This document shows positions 8,760 to 19,836 of a DNA stretch of 64,000 nucleotides, in pieces (the first letter of the stretch is position 1; each line of letters begins with the position of its first letter). Below the pieces are notes generated by a model. That model did no database searches. It was not told the DNA's origin and saw only the letters and a program-made list of their open reading frames with translations. Both the position numbers and the translations under genes were made by a program. Source of the DNA: Burkholderiales bacterium (GTDB lineage Bacteria; Pseudomonadota; Gammaproteobacteria; Burkholderiales; Gallionellaceae); contig JBBQNH010000004.1 of NCBI GenBank assembly GCA_038329705.1, positions 2,670 to 66,669 on the forward strand, in the 5' to 3' direction.

Positions 8760-9054
8760 AAGATGGTGTAGTGGCTTCGCTTACGCGGTTCTGAGCATGA
8801 GAATACAGAGGTTTGTGCCATGCCATCAGGAAATCAAATGCCGGGTTGCTCGCAAAGTTACATTCCTGCAATGCGAATTTGTTAGAATGCTCCGATCGAT
8901 ACCAGCATCCAGATCGGGAAAGTGAAATATCGTTACTCCGTAAGAGGGCATCAGAAGGCAATCTATCGGGGAAAAATGAGCAAGTGCAGCGCATTGGCGG
9001 CAGGGAGTCCAAGGACCTCTTACATGCCGTGGAATAAAAACAGGGGGTGCGAGC

Positions 9055-9909
9055 ATGTTAGTAATCGGTGGTTATTTGGTGGTGTTGGGGGCGGTGTTCG
9101 GCGGCTTTGCATTGTCAGGCGGTCACCTGGCTGCCTTGTTGCAGCCGCTGGAGTTGTTGATGATCGGCGGCGGAGCGGCCGGCGCGTTTTTGGTCGGCAA
9201 TAACGGCAAAGCAATCAAGGCGACTCTCAAAGATTTGCCCAAAATACTGAAGGGCAGCAAATACAACAAGAATAGTTACATGGAATTGATGGCACTGCTG
9301 TACGAGTTGCTCGGGAAAGTGCGCAAAGAGGGGTTGATGTCGATCGAGGGGGATGTGGAATCTCCGGAAGAAAGCCCGATCTTTGCCAAATATCCGCAAG
9401 TGCTGCAGGACCACCATGCGATCGAATTCATGACCGATTATCTGCGCATCATGGTCAGTGGTAATCTGAATGCCATGGAAATCGAGAACCTCATGGATGT
9501 GGAAATCGATACGCACCATCACGAGGCCTTGATTTCATCACATACAATCGCCAAGTTGGGTGACGGGATGCCCGCGTTCGGTATCGTCGCCGCAGTAATG
9601 GGTGTGGTACACACCATGGAATCGGTTGGCGTGCCGCCTGCCGAGTTGGGGATAATGATCGCCCACGCACTGGTGGGTACTTTCCTTGGTATTTTGCTGG
9701 CTTACGGTTTTGTCGGTCCATTGGCGACCCTGCTTGAACAAAAAGCCGAGGAAGGCACCAAGATGTTGCAGACCATCAAGGTTACACTGTTGGCAAACCT
9801 GAATGGCTACGCGCCCGCGATGGCAGTAGAATTTGGTCGCAAGGTACTCAATTCCACCGAGCGTCCCGGCTTCCTCGAACTGGAAACGCATGTAAAGCAA
9901 AAACGCTAA
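9055..9909 (+). CDS. motA: Flagellar stator MotA (enteric type)
   Basis: MPAFGIVAAVMGVV, ALVGTFLGILLAYGF, AVEFGRK. Confidence 0.97.
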   Translation: MLVIGGYLVVLGAVFGGFALSGGHLAALLQPLELLMIGGGAAGAFLVGNNGKAIKATLKDLPKILKGSKYNKNSYMELMALLYELLGKVRKEGLMSIEGDVESPEESPIFAKYPQVLQDHHAIEFMTDYLRIMVSGNLNAMEIENLMDVEIDTHHHEALISSHTIAKLGDGMPAFGIVAAVMGVVHTMESVGVPPAELGIMIAHALVGTFLGILLAYGFVGPLATLLEQKAEEGTKMLQTIKVTLLANLNGYAPAMAVEFGRKVLNSTERPGFLELETHVKQKR

Positions 9910-9935
9910 ATTGAGAAATCGCTAAATTGAAAAAT
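9904..9935. repeat. 16-bp tandem duplication spanning the motA stop codon
   Basis: cgctaaattgagaaat cgctaaattgaaaaat. Confidence 0.7.
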
Positions 9936-9984
9936 GAAGACGCGTCAATGTTCGAAGAAACCTTCCGCGTCGTTCCCATCACAA

Positions 9985-10026
9985 TCCTGAATCCACTTTC
10001 CTGAACCCATACTCCTGAATCCTGGC
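9985..10026. repeat. Heptamer-periodic repeat before motB
   Basis: tcctgaa tccactt tcctgaa cccatac tcctgaa tcctggc. Confidence 0.7.
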
Positions 10027-10028
10027 AC

Positions 10029-11036
10029 ATGTCCGAAGACAAAAACAAAAGGCCCATCGTTGTAAAGCGCATCAAGAAGGTGGCTGCCGGACATCATGGC
10101 GGTGCCTGGAAGATCGCCTATGCGGACTTCGTCACGGCGATGATGGCATTCTTCCTGCTGATGTGGCTGCTGGGTTCGACTTCCAAGGGGGATCTGAATG
10201 GAATTTCCGAATACTTCAAAACCCCGCTTTATGTGGCTTTATCGGGCGGCACCGGTAGCGGAGACAGCTCCAGCATCATCAAGGGCGGCGGCCAGGATCT
10301 GACGCGCAGCGAGGGCCAGATCAAACAGGGTGAACTCACTCCGGAAAAGAAGATCATCAATCTCAAGGCAGCACAACAGGAATTCAAGCGGCTTGAGCGG
10401 CTTAAGGAAATCGAGAAGCTCAAGGCATTGAAAGCGGGCATCGAGTCCATGATCGAGAACAACGTAAATTTGCGGAAATTCCAAAACCAGATACTTATCG
10501 ATCTGACCACCGAAGGGCTGCGCATCCAAATCGTCGATGAAAAGAACCGGCCCATGTTCAAAAGCGGAAGCGCTCAGCTTGAGCCTTATACAAAGGAAAT
10601 CCTGCATGAGATCGGCAAGATGCTGAATGATGTACCCAATAAGATAAGCCTGTCCGGACACACTGATGCCACCGCCTACATAGGGGGCGGAACGGGTTAC
10701 GGCAATTGGGAGTTGTCTGCCGACAGAGCCAATGCTTCGCGCCGCGAATTGATGGCCGGCGGAATGGCCGCAGAAAAGATCGTTCGTGTTGTCGGTTTGT
10801 CCTCAGCGGTATTGTTCAACAAGGATGACCCTTTTAACCCTGTCAATCGCCGTATCAGCCTGATCGTGATGAACAAAAAGGCAGAAGAAGCGGCGCAGCA
10901 TGATGGCGGCGTGGTGAAATTGGATAACGATCCGGACGAGTCAGGCGACGATGGCAGTCTTAAAGATGGACTGGAAACGGTTCCCAGTGTATCAGTAGTG
11001 CCCACTGGTACATCTGCCACTACACCAGCCCAATAA
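10029..11036 (+). CDS. motB: Flagellar stator MotB
   Basis: HGGAWKIAYADFVTAMMAFF, GHTD, NWELSADRA, NRRI. Confidence 0.97.
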   Translation: MSEDKNKRPIVVKRIKKVAAGHHGGAWKIAYADFVTAMMAFFLLMWLLGSTSKGDLNGISEYFKTPLYVALSGGTGSGDSSSIIKGGGQDLTRSEGQIKQGELTPEKKIINLKAAQQEFKRLERLKEIEKLKALKAGIESMIENNVNLRKFQNQILIDLTTEGLRIQIVDEKNRPMFKSGSAQLEPYTKEILHEIGKMLNDVPNKISLSGHTDATAYIGGGTGYGNWELSADRANASRRELMAGGMAAEKIVRVVGLSSAVLFNKDDPFNPVNRRISLIVMNKKAEEAAQHDGGVVKLDNDPDESGDDGSLKDGLETVPSVSVVPTGTSATTPAQ

Positions 11037-11196
11037 TTTAATTTTGCAAGCCATTCGTGGCAAATTTCCTCGCCACAGACATTCGTAAGCCATGCATTAC
11101 TCCGAATCTTTCCCGGAAATTGCACTGCATTTTCTCGCCAAACCCTCGACTGTATCCATTCGCTTGAATTGACCGGTATTTAGTTCACTGTTCCGC

Positions 11197-11223
11197 TAAA
11201 GGAAATCGAATTACTGCCGATAG
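11197..11223 (+). promoter_or_regulatory. sigma28 promoter of the MCP/che operon
   Basis: TAAAGGAA-N11-GCCGATAG. Confidence 0.8.
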
Positions 11224-11299
11224 ACTAGCCACGCGAAATGGGTTCTCGCAGATCAGAAGCCGTTACATACATAAATAATTTAGGCAAAGGCGGGTAAAA

Positions 11300-12925
11300 A
11301 TGAAAGACTGGTGGAACAAACTTTCCCTGAAAAGCAAACTGCAGCTCCCCATTCAACTTTTACTGTTGTTGGTAATGGTATTGACGCAACGTGTGGCATT
11401 GGACAAATTCGAAGATCACGTCATTGAAGGAACCAAGCAGAAAGCCATCATTTCCGCAGACGGGCTGCTGAACGGACTGAACGTGATGATGGAAGGTGGC
11501 ATCATCAGCGATCCGAGCCTGCGCACCATGGCTGTCGAAAAAATGGCGGCATCCGACCATGTGATGGAGTTGCGCGTGATCCGCGCCAAGCAAGTGCAGG
11601 ATCAATTCGGTCCGGGTTTGCCTTCCGAACAGGCAGTGGACGATATGGATCGTGCCGCGATCGACACTAAAAAAATCCAGAGCGTTTTACTGACCAAGGA
11701 TGGCAAGGATGCTTTGCGCGTGGTCGTTCCTTTCATCGTCAGCACCAATTTTCGCGGCACCAACTGCCTGAATTGCCATGAAGTTCAGGACGGGTCGGTG
11801 AATGGCGCCGGCAGCATCACAGTCGACATTTCAGATGAATACGCGATGTTGAAGAAGGCGAATTATATTCTATGGATTGTGCAGCTTTGCATACAGATAC
11901 TGCTTTATTTCGGAATCAACTGGCTGATTGGCCTGGTGACGCGTCCGAGCCGCGAATTGCAGCTTGCCATGCAAGCCATGCAAGCCAGCGGAGATTTGTC
12001 CCAGCGCGTGGTGGTGCGCAGTCAGGACGAGATAGGCAAAACCGCGGAGGCATTCAATGCCCTGATCGAGGGTTTCGCCAATATCATCCGCCAAGTGGTT
12101 ACCGGCGCGAACATGGTATCCACCACGGCGGTGCAATTGTCAGCTTCATCCGCTCAAATTACCCAGGCTTCACAGGCGCAAAGCGAAGCGGCTGCTTCTA
12201 CCGCGGCGTCGGTGGAGCAGATCACCGTCAGTATCAATTCTGTTGCGGAGAATACCGAGGATGTGCGCAAGCTGTCCGAGACCAGCCTGAGTCAAACCAA
12301 GGAAGGAAACAGTAATGTCACGGCGATGATAGGCGAGATCGGGCGTGTGCAGGGTGCGGTCAATCAGATCGCCGGTTCGGTGAAGGAGTTCGTCGAAAGC
12401 ACCCGCGCGATCGCCAGCATGACCCAGCAGGTGAAAGACATCGCCGATCAGACCAATCTGCTGGCGTTAAACGCCGCGATCGAAGCGGCGCGTGCCGGTG
12501 AACAGGGGCGCGGCTTTGCGGTGGTGGCAGACGAAGTGCGCAAGCTGGCGGAAAAATCCGCCAAGTCGGCAAACGAGATCGACCAGGTGACCAATTCGCT
12601 GAACCAGAAATCCGCAGTGGCTGAAGAGGCGGTGCAGTCAGGATTGCGTTCACTGCAGGAGACTCAGGACAAAGTGGGCCGAGTCGCAGCCATATTGAGC
12701 GAAGCGGGCGAGGCGGTGACGAAATCCACTCATGGGGTGAACGACATCGCGACATCGGTCAGCGAGCAAAGTCTTGCCAGCACTGAGATCGCGCGCAACG
12801 TCGAGATGATCGCGCAGATGTCGGAAGAAAGTCATGCTGCGGTGAAATCGAATAGCCGGGACATCGAGCGTCTGGAAGGTTTGGCAAAAGAACTGCAGGC
12901 CTCGGTGAGCAAGTTCAGGGTTTGA
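11300..12925 (+). CDS. Methyl-accepting chemotaxis protein with a periplasmic CxxCH (heme c) sensor domain, HAMP and signalling domain
   Basis: Two TM segments flanking TNCLNCHE; GDLSQRV..DEIG HAMP; [34 protein letters not shown]. Confidence 0.93.
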   Translation: MKDWWNKLSLKSKLQLPIQLLLLLVMVLTQRVALDKFEDHVIEGTKQKAIISADGLLNGLNVMMEGGIISDPSLRTMAVEKMAASDHVMELRVIRAKQVQDQFGPGLPSEQAVDDMDRAAIDTKKIQSVLLTKDGKDALRVVVPFIVSTNFRGTNCLNCHEVQDGSVNGAGSITVDISDEYAMLKKANYILWIVQLCIQILLYFGINWLIGLVTRPSRELQLAMQAMQASGDLSQRVVVRSQDEIGKTAEAFNALIEGFANIIRQVVTGANMVSTTAVQLSASSAQITQASQAQSEAAASTAASVEQITVSINSVAENTEDVRKLSETSLSQTKEGNSNVTAMIGEIGRVQGAVNQIAGSVKEFVESTRAIASMTQQVKDIADQTNLLALNAAIEAARAGEQGRGFAVVADEVRKLAEKSAKSANEIDQVTNSLNQKSAVAEEAVQSGLRSLQETQDKVGRVAAILSEAGEAVTKSTHGVNDIATSVSEQSLASTEIARNVEMIAQMSEESHAAVKSNSRDIERLEGLAKELQASVSKFRV

Positions 12926-13153
12926 ATGGAACTTACCGGCCGCGCTGTGCGTGAGTGTGTCGCTCGGACAGGATCATATCAATGTGCAGGAGGGAAAAAA
13001 TCAAATCGGAACCAGGCACCGAGTTTGCCGCGCACGAATGGCGATATTTTTCATTTGGAAAAATGCAAACTGAAATAGGTAAAAAAGTATGGACGCAATA
13101 ACTATCAGGCTGAACAGGAATTACATTCAGGCTGATCGTGTGATGTTGCCGGT

Positions 13154-13690
13154 GTTGACAGCACGCGCGCGATCGCCGGCATGACACAACAGGTAAAAGA
13201 CATCGCCGCCCAGACCAATCTGCTGGCGCTGAATGCGGCGATCGAAGCTGCGCGTGCCGGAGAACAGGGACGCGGTTTTGCGGTGGTAGCGGACGAAGTA
13301 CGCAAGCTGGCGGAGAAATCCGCCAAATCGGCCAACGAGATCGACCGGGTGACCAATTCGCTGGACCAGAAATCAAATCTTGTCGATGAGGCGGTACGGG
13401 CGGGGATGCATTCCTTGCAGTCCACCCAGGAACAGGTTGAGCGTGTTGCAGAGGTTCTGGCCGGAACCGGTGAAGCGATCAAGCGGTCAAACCATGGCAT
13501 GAACGACATCGCGGCATCGGTCAGCGAGCAAAGTCTGGCGAGTACCGAGATCGCGCGCAATGTCGAGAAGATCGCGCAAATGTCCGAGGAGAATCATGCT
13601 GTATTGCAATCGAATACACTGGACATCGCCGGTTTGGAAGGCCTGACAAAGGCATTACAGACTGCCGTGAGTCGCTTCAAGGTTCAATAA
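13154..13690 (+). pseudogene. Truncated MCP paralog (signalling tip and C-terminal helix only); ORF 13181..13690
   Basis: Paralogous to 12394-12925. Homology begins ~27 nt before ATG 13181, an in-frame stop lies at 13133-13135, and there is no sensor, TM or HAMP region. Confidence 0.7.
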
Positions 13691-13702
13691 AGAGGTGCGG
13701 AT

Positions 13703-14641
13703 ATGTCCGATCTACTAAAAAGTATTGATGAGCGCACCAAGCTGGCAGGCACCAACAAGCTGGAGATATTGATGTTTTCGCTGGGCAAGGATAAACGCAC
13801 CCAGCGCGAGGAAACCTTCGGCATCAACGTATTCAAGGTGCGCGAGGTGATGCGCATACCCGAGATCACCCGCGCACCGGATATGCCTGAGTCGGTAGAG
13901 GGAATGGTGAGCTTGCGCGGCGCGCTGGTGCCGGTGATCGATTTGGCCAAGTACATGGGGATTGATTCCGACAGCAAGCCTGGGATCATGATCGTCACCG
14001 AGTATAACGGGCAGACACAGGGATTTCTGGTCCGGGCGGTGGATAACATTCTGCGGCTGGACTGGTCGACGATGCGTGTTCCGCCGCAGATGCTGCTGGC
14101 AGAGCTGGGGGGACTGGTGACCGCGGTCACCGAGCTGAAGGATAAACGGCTGGTGATGATGGTGGATGTGGAAAAAGTACTTTCAGAAACCAGCCGATAT
14201 AACAACGAGTATATTTTTCAAAATGTGAAACCGCTGGGCAAGGAGCGCACTGTGTTCTTTGTAGATGATTCGACGGTGGCGCGAAACCAGATCGCGCGCA
14301 CCCTTGATGCTATGCAGGTGAAGCATGTTTCAGCGATCAACGGACTGCAGGCATGGGCAGAGCTGGTGAAGATGGCGGATAACGCTGATGAGACGCGTAT
14401 CCCGTTGAACAAGACGCTGCATGTCATTTTGACCGATGTGGAAATGCCCGAGATGGATGGCTATATGCTGACCCGCAAGATCAAGTCGGACAAGCGATTT
14501 TCCGGGATTCCTGTGGTGATGCATTCCTCTTTGAGCAGTTTATCCAATCAGCAGCTGGGTAAAACCGTCGGGGTGGATGAGTATGTGCCGAAGTTTGAAC
14601 CGCAGAGGTTGGCACAGACTCTGGAGAAGTTGTTGAATTGA
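13703..14641 (+). CDS. cheV: Chemotaxis protein CheV (CheW plus REC)
   Basis: [21 protein letters not shown]; [13 protein letters not shown]. Confidence 0.93.
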   Translation: MSDLLKSIDERTKLAGTNKLEILMFSLGKDKRTQREETFGINVFKVREVMRIPEITRAPDMPESVEGMVSLRGALVPVIDLAKYMGIDSDSKPGIMIVTEYNGQTQGFLVRAVDNILRLDWSTMRVPPQMLLAELGGLVTAVTELKDKRLVMMVDVEKVLSETSRYNNEYIFQNVKPLGKERTVFFVDDSTVARNQIARTLDAMQVKHVSAINGLQAWAELVKMADNADETRIPLNKTLHVILTDVEMPEMDGYMLTRKIKSDKRFSGIPVVMHSSLSSLSNQQLGKTVGVDEYVPKFEPQRLAQTLEKLLN

Positions 14642-14719
14642 CATGAACAGCGGCGGAAACGAGTCACCGCTGTTTACATAACGCAGGCATGCCGGCGTGC
14701 TCCAAATATGGGAGAGAAG

Positions 14720-15667
14720 ATGAGCCACACAAAAGATATATCGGATGACTGCACGGACAGTATGCTGGACCAGATCGATGCTCGTTCCAATCTGGCCGGT
14801 ACGAACAAGATGGAGATACTGCTGTTCAGCCTGGGCAGCGATGAAATATTCGGCATCAATGTGTTCAAGGTAAAAGAGGTTTGCCGGGCCGGGAAAATCA
14901 CGCGCACGCCAAATATGCCGAGCGGAGTCGATGGCATAATTTCATTGCGCGGTCACGTGATGCCGGTACTGAATCTGGCTAATTTCATGGGCGTGCACCC
15001 GGCCGAACAATTCCAGACGATGATGGTGGTGGAATACAGCAATCATATACTGGGTTTCCTGGTGCATTCAGTGGATCGCATCATTCGTGTAGATTGGGAA
15101 AAAGTGCGCGCCACCGAAGGAATGCTCTCTGACCAGGGTGCGTTGATCACGGCTATCACCGAGCTGCCGGACGGCACACTGACATCGATACTCGATGTCG
15201 AACAGATTTTGGCCAATGCATTCGGTGAAGATGTCGTGGGTAATGTAGAAAAAGTCGAAGCCAACGAAGGCATGTGCATATTTTTCGCCGACGACTCCAT
15301 GGTGGCGCGCAGAAAGATCGTTGAAGTTCTGGACAAAATGGGCATCAAGCATATTCAGGCGAGCAATGGTCAAGAGGCGTGGGCCAGGCTAACATCAATG
15401 GCTGATTCGGCTCAGAGTGAGGGAACGAACCTGCACGACCAGATGCGGGTGATTCTGACCGATGCGGAAATGCCGGAGATGGATGGTTATGTGTTGACCC
15501 AGCACATCAAGTCGGATCGGCGTTTTGACGGCATTCCGGTGGTGATGCACTCTTCGCTGTCTTCCGAGGCGAATCGTGCGATGGGCCGGCGTGTGGGGGT
15601 TGATTATTATGTGGCTAAATTCGATTCCATGGCCTTATCATCAGCACTGCGTCCTTTGCTGAGATGA
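14720..15667 (+). CDS. cheV: Second CheV
   Basis: [21 protein letters not shown]; [13 protein letters not shown]. Start is 14720 (after GGAGA) or 14708. Confidence 0.93.
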   Translation: MSHTKDISDDCTDSMLDQIDARSNLAGTNKMEILLFSLGSDEIFGINVFKVKEVCRAGKITRTPNMPSGVDGIISLRGHVMPVLNLANFMGVHPAEQFQTMMVVEYSNHILGFLVHSVDRIIRVDWEKVRATEGMLSDQGALITAITELPDGTLTSILDVEQILANAFGEDVVGNVEKVEANEGMCIFFADDSMVARRKIVEVLDKMGIKHIQASNGQEAWARLTSMADSAQSEGTNLHDQMRVILTDAEMPEMDGYVLTQHIKSDRRFDGIPVVMHSSLSSEANRAMGRRVGVDYYVAKFDSMALSSALRPLLR

Positions 15668-15749
15668 GGGCAGTGCCGAGTACCGGGTAATATTAGGCTG
15701 GGCCATTGAATTCAATTTGTTCGTGGCTCAGTCATTTGAGGGGTCTGTG

Positions 15750-16139
15750 ATGGGAATAGAAAATACTAAATTTTTAGTTGTGGATGATTTTTCCACGATG
15801 CGCCGTATCGTGCGTAATCTTCTCAAAGAATTGGGCTATCTGAATGTACAGGAAGCCGAGGATGGTGTGGATGCATTGGCCAAATTACGCGCGGAATCGT
15901 TCGATTTCGTGGTGTCGGACTGGAATATGCCGAACATGACCGGTATCGAGCTGTTGCGGGCGATTCGCGCAGATGACAAGCTCAAGCATTTGCCGGTGCT
16001 GATGGTGACAGCCGAGGCAAAAAAGGAAAATATCATCATGGCTGCACAGGCCGGGGCAAGCGGTTATGTGGTGAAACCCTTCACCGCCGCCACGCTGGAT
16101 GAAAAGCTGAAGAAAATATTTCAAACCATGCAAAAGTGA
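15750..16139 (+). CDS. cheY: Chemotaxis response regulator CheY
   Basis: [41 protein letters not shown]. Confidence 0.98.
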   Translation: MGIENTKFLVVDDFSTMRRIVRNLLKELGYLNVQEAEDGVDALAKLRAESFDFVVSDWNMPNMTGIELLRAIRADDKLKHLPVLMVTAEAKKENIIMAAQAGASGYVVKPFTAATLDEKLKKIFQTMQK

Positions 16140-16930
16140 GCGATGCCATGAATAACAATACTTCAACCCAGGATTCAGAGGATCTGGAAGCGCTGTTCGA
16201 TAGCATATTGGCTGCGAACACTGCTGAGCAAGATCCATCCCCGCACAGCGAAAAATTAACCGAAACAAAACTGACCGTCGTCGGTGCAGATGCAGATGTT
16301 GTTTCTATCGGAATCGAGACAAATCCGGATACGGTGATCAATCAGATCGGCCACATGGCGCGAACATTGCATGACACGTTGCGTGACCTGGGTTTGAGCA
16401 AAAGTATCGTGAAGGCGGCAGCCTCGATTCCTGATGCCAAGGATAGACTGAATTATGTGGCTACGCTGACTGAAAATGCTGCCGAGCGCGTGTTGAACGC
16501 GACCGAGGCAGCCCAGCCACTGGTGGAAAAAATGGAGGTCGAAGCCCATCGGCTGTCCGGGCAATGGCAATTGTTGTTCGAAAAGAAACTCGATGTGGAA
16601 CAATTCAAGAGCCTGGTCACGCAAACACAGTCCTTTTTGCATGAAGTGCCCAAGGATGCCAAGGCGACCAATGCATATCTGATGGAAATCATGATGGCAC
16701 AGGATTTTCAGGATCTGACCGGACAGGTCATCAAGAAGATCATGGCAGTGACAAAAGATTTGGAGCAGCAATTGTTGGCGTTGCTGGTCGAGAATGTGCC
16801 AGCTTCGGGCAAGGCCGGTATGAATGACGACGGGTTGCTGAATGGCCCGGTTATCAATAGCAAAGGACGTGCAGATGTTGTGAGCAGCCAGGATCAGGTG
16901 GATGACTTGTTGGAAAGCCTTGGTTTTTGA
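16136..16930 (+). CDS. cheZ: Phosphatase CheZ
   Basis: [28 protein letters not shown]. Confidence 0.97.
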   Translation: MSDAMNNNTSTQDSEDLEALFDSILAANTAEQDPSPHSEKLTETKLTVVGADADVVSIGIETNPDTVINQIGHMARTLHDTLRDLGLSKSIVKAAASIPDAKDRLNYVATLTENAAERVLNATEAAQPLVEKMEVEAHRLSGQWQLLFEKKLDVEQFKSLVTQTQSFLHEVPKDAKATNAYLMEIMMAQDFQDLTGQVIKKIMAVTKDLEQQLLALLVENVPASGKAGMNDDGLLNGPVINSKGRADVVSSQDQVDDLLESLGF

Positions 16931-17029
16931 GGCAGCTAAAGGTGGAAATATACCGTTCGGACTTTTTCAATATGCTGCTGCGTTACCAATTGGGGACGAT
17001 CAACGAAAGTCAAAAAATTGGAGTTCAAT

Positions 17030-18880
17030 ATGAATGATTTTGCCGGTATGGAGGAATTGTTGGGCGACTTCCTGCTTGAGGCGGGTGATTTGCTGTCCGA
17101 TGTGGACGGCAAGTTGATGGAACTGGAAAAATACCCGGCTGACAGCAAGTTGCTTAACGAGATTTTTCGCGGTTTTCACACCATCAAGGGCGGAGCGGGA
17201 TTTCTCAATGCAACCGAATTGGTAGCGTTGTGCCACGTTACGGAAAATCTATTCGACAAGTTGCGCAACGGCGAATTGCAGTTGAGTGCCGATCTGATGG
17301 ATGTGATCTTTGCCGCTACTGCCGAAGTCCGCAGGATGTTTGCTACTTTGCAACAAGGCCTTCAACCGGGACCCGCACAAAGCCATATCCTGGAAAATAT
17401 GAAGGCCGCATTGAGCGGGAAATCAATTGCTTTACCGGCAAAAATGGAGCCGTCCGGTTCTGCCCCTGGTGCAATCAAGGCTGAACAGTATCCGCAAGCG
17501 ATTGATGGCGTGGATTGGCACAAGCTATATGACGCATTGACTGGAACAGACATCGCCACGCAAGTGGGTTTGACGCGCGATCCCGAAAAGATCGCAGCAG
17601 CTGTTTCGGAGGAGGAGTCCACCCGAAAAGTATTCGGCCGTCGCGATAGCGATGTGCCTGGCGCCACCATCGGAAGACGCGATGGTGATATGCCAGCCAG
17701 TGAGACCAAGGAATCCACGATACGCGTGGACACAGCCAGGCTGGATCAGGTTTTGAACCTTTCCGGAGAGATCGGATTGACCAAAAACCGTTTGACCCAT
17801 TTGCGATCCGATATCATCCAGGGACGCCGGGATGCCGAAACCCTGCACGATCTGGATTTGGCGGTCAGCCAACTGGATATGCTGGTGGTGAACCTGCAGA
17901 ACGCGGTGATGAAGACACGCATGCAGCCGATAGGCCGGCTGTTCAAAAAATACCCGCGGCTGGCCCGCGATTTGGCCCGTTCATTGGGCAAAGATGTGGA
18001 ACTGGTGCTGGTCGGTGAAGAAACCGAAATGGACAAAACCATGATTGAGGACTTGAACGATCCGCTGGTGCATCTGGTGCGCAACGCGGTGGATCATGGT
18101 GTGGAGACGACCGAGGCGCGTATCGTTGCCGGAAAGCCTGAAAAGAGCATGGTGGAATTAAGCGCCCGCCAGGAAGGCGACCATATTCTGATCACTATAT
18201 CCGATGACGGCCGCGGCATGCGTCCCGAAGTGATCCGCAACAAGGCACTCGAGAAGGGGCTGATCACTACCGAGATTGCGAATACACTCGATGAGAACCA
18301 GTGCCTGGAACTTATTTTCCTGCCGGGTTTTTCCACCAAAGACGAGATCTCCAGTGTGTCGGGGCGCGGTGTCGGCATGGATGTGGTTAAAACCAATATC
18401 AACAAACTCAACGGTGTTGTCAGTATCCGCTCAGAACTTGGCAAGGGAACCTCAGTCACGATCATGTTGCCGCTCACGCTCGCTATCTTGCCGGTGCTGA
18501 TATTGCGTTTGGGCGATCAGTCGTTTGCCGTCCCGTTGTCCATGGTGCGCGAAATACTGTCTGTCACACCCGGGCAATTGCAACAGGTTTCCGGCAGGGC
18601 AACCATGGTGGTGCGCGGCGAAGTATTGCCGGTGTTGCCATTGGCGCAACTGATCGGATGGGAAGAAAGCGGTACGCCGGAAGTGGGCGTGCTGATGCAG
18701 TTCGGTAGCAACAGCTTCATCCTGTCGGCTGACTCCTTTGCCGGGCATGATGATGTGGTGATCAAGTCATTGGATACGTTCCGTCCAAAAGGCGTGGCGG
18801 GAGTGACCATGTCCAGCGAGGGCGACATCGTGCTGATACTCGACATCAAGGAACTGCTCAGCGACGTTAAGGGGCACTGA
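17030..18880 (+). CDS. cheA: Histidine kinase CheA (no recognisable P2 domain)
   Basis: IFRGFHTIKGGAG (Hpt), HLVRNAVDHG, DDGRG, SGRGVGMDVV, LPLTLAI, C-terminal CheW-like domain. Confidence 0.97.
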   Translation: MNDFAGMEELLGDFLLEAGDLLSDVDGKLMELEKYPADSKLLNEIFRGFHTIKGGAGFLNATELVALCHVTENLFDKLRNGELQLSADLMDVIFAATAEVRRMFATLQQGLQPGPAQSHILENMKAALSGKSIALPAKMEPSGSAPGAIKAEQYPQAIDGVDWHKLYDALTGTDIATQVGLTRDPEKIAAAVSEEESTRKVFGRRDSDVPGATIGRRDGDMPASETKESTIRVDTARLDQVLNLSGEIGLTKNRLTHLRSDIIQGRRDAETLHDLDLAVSQLDMLVVNLQNAVMKTRMQPIGRLFKKYPRLARDLARSLGKDVELVLVGEETEMDKTMIEDLNDPLVHLVRNAVDHGVETTEARIVAGKPEKSMVELSARQEGDHILITISDDGRGMRPEVIRNKALEKGLITTEIANTLDENQCLELIFLPGFSTKDEISSVSGRGVGMDVVKTNINKLNGVVSIRSELGKGTSVTIMLPLTLAILPVLILRLGDQSFAVPLSMVREILSVTPGQLQQVSGRATMVVRGEVLPVLPLAQLIGWEESGTPEVGVLMQFGSNSFILSADSFAGHDDVVIKSLDTFRPKGVAGVTMSSEGDIVLILDIKELLSDVKGH

Positions 18881-18966
18881 TCGTATCCTGCCATCATGAT
18901 CTTGTTGCCCGGAACCCCAGAAAATATGGTCAGGTTGCACTGCTACGCGCCTGAATCGGCCTGCCG

Positions 18967-19836
18967 ATGACTCAGGTCCCTAAAGCAATGAGTGCGGAGA
19001 AAAATCGCGAGTTTCACTTTACCGCGCAGGATTTTCAGCGTATCCAAAAGCTGATTCATCAACATGCCGGAATTTCTTTGGGGGAGAACAAGCAGGAACT
19101 GGTGTATGGTCGTTTGGCGCGCCGGTTGCGCGTCACCGGCATTAAAACCTTTGCAGAGTACCTTGATCGCTTGAAACACGGGGATGCTGCGGAGTTGGAA
19201 GCTTTCACCAACTCGTTGACCACTAACCTGACCTCGTTCTTCCGAGAGGCGCACCATTTCCCGATGTTGGCCGCGCACCTGCGCAAGCTGGAGAATTCCA
19301 GACCTGTCGAGCTGTGGTGTTCTGCCTGCTCGAGCGGAGAGGAGGCCTATTCGATCGCGATGACTGCAGTGGAGGCGTATGCCAGCTTTGACAATCCGCT
19401 CAAAATTATCGCCTCCGATCTCGACACCAATGTATTGGAAACTGCACGCCTCGGCCGTTACAAACTTGAATCTCTAACCAGCATAACTTCGCAGCAAATC
19501 GATAAATTCTTTGTGCGTGGCACCGGCGTTGACGCTGGTTTTGTGACAGTCCGCCAGGAACTTAAAAAGATGATTGTCTTCAGGCGCATCAATCTGCTGG
19601 ACAACATCTGGGCGATACGCGAAAAACTGGATGTGATTTTTTGCCGCAATGTGATGATCTACTTTGACAAGGACACGCAACTGGCAATATTGAAGAAATT
19701 CGCGCCATTGCTTCGTGACGAAGGGCTCCTGTTCGCGGGGCATTCAGAGAGTTTTCACAATGCCGATAGCCATTTCAAATTGCGCACCCATACCGTTTAT
19801 GAGTTGGCCGAAAAATTCAAGGCAGAGCGTGCTTGA
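18967..19836 (+). CDS. cheR: Chemotaxis methyltransferase CheR
   Basis: LTTNLTSFFREAHHF, SACSSGEEAYS, IFCRNVMIYF, GHSE. Confidence 0.96.
   Translation: MTQVPKAMSAEKNREFHFTAQDFQRIQKLIHQHAGISLGENKQELVYGRLARRLRVTGIKTFAEYLDRLKHGDAAELEAFTNSLTTNLTSFFREAHHFPMLAAHLRKLENSRPVELWCSACSSGEEAYSIAMTAVEAYASFDNPLKIIASDLDTNVLETARLGRYKLESLTSITSQQIDKFFVRGTGVDAGFVTVRQELKKMIVFRRINLLDNIWAIREKLDVIFCRNVMIYFDKDTQLAILKKFAPLLRDEGLLFAGHSESFHNADSHFKLRTHTVYELAEKFKAERA

Noticed and set aside
8918-8944. GAAAGTGA-N11-TCCGTAAG, a possible sigma28 promoter for motA
   Set aside because: The spacing is right but both elements are too degenerate to call without TSS data.
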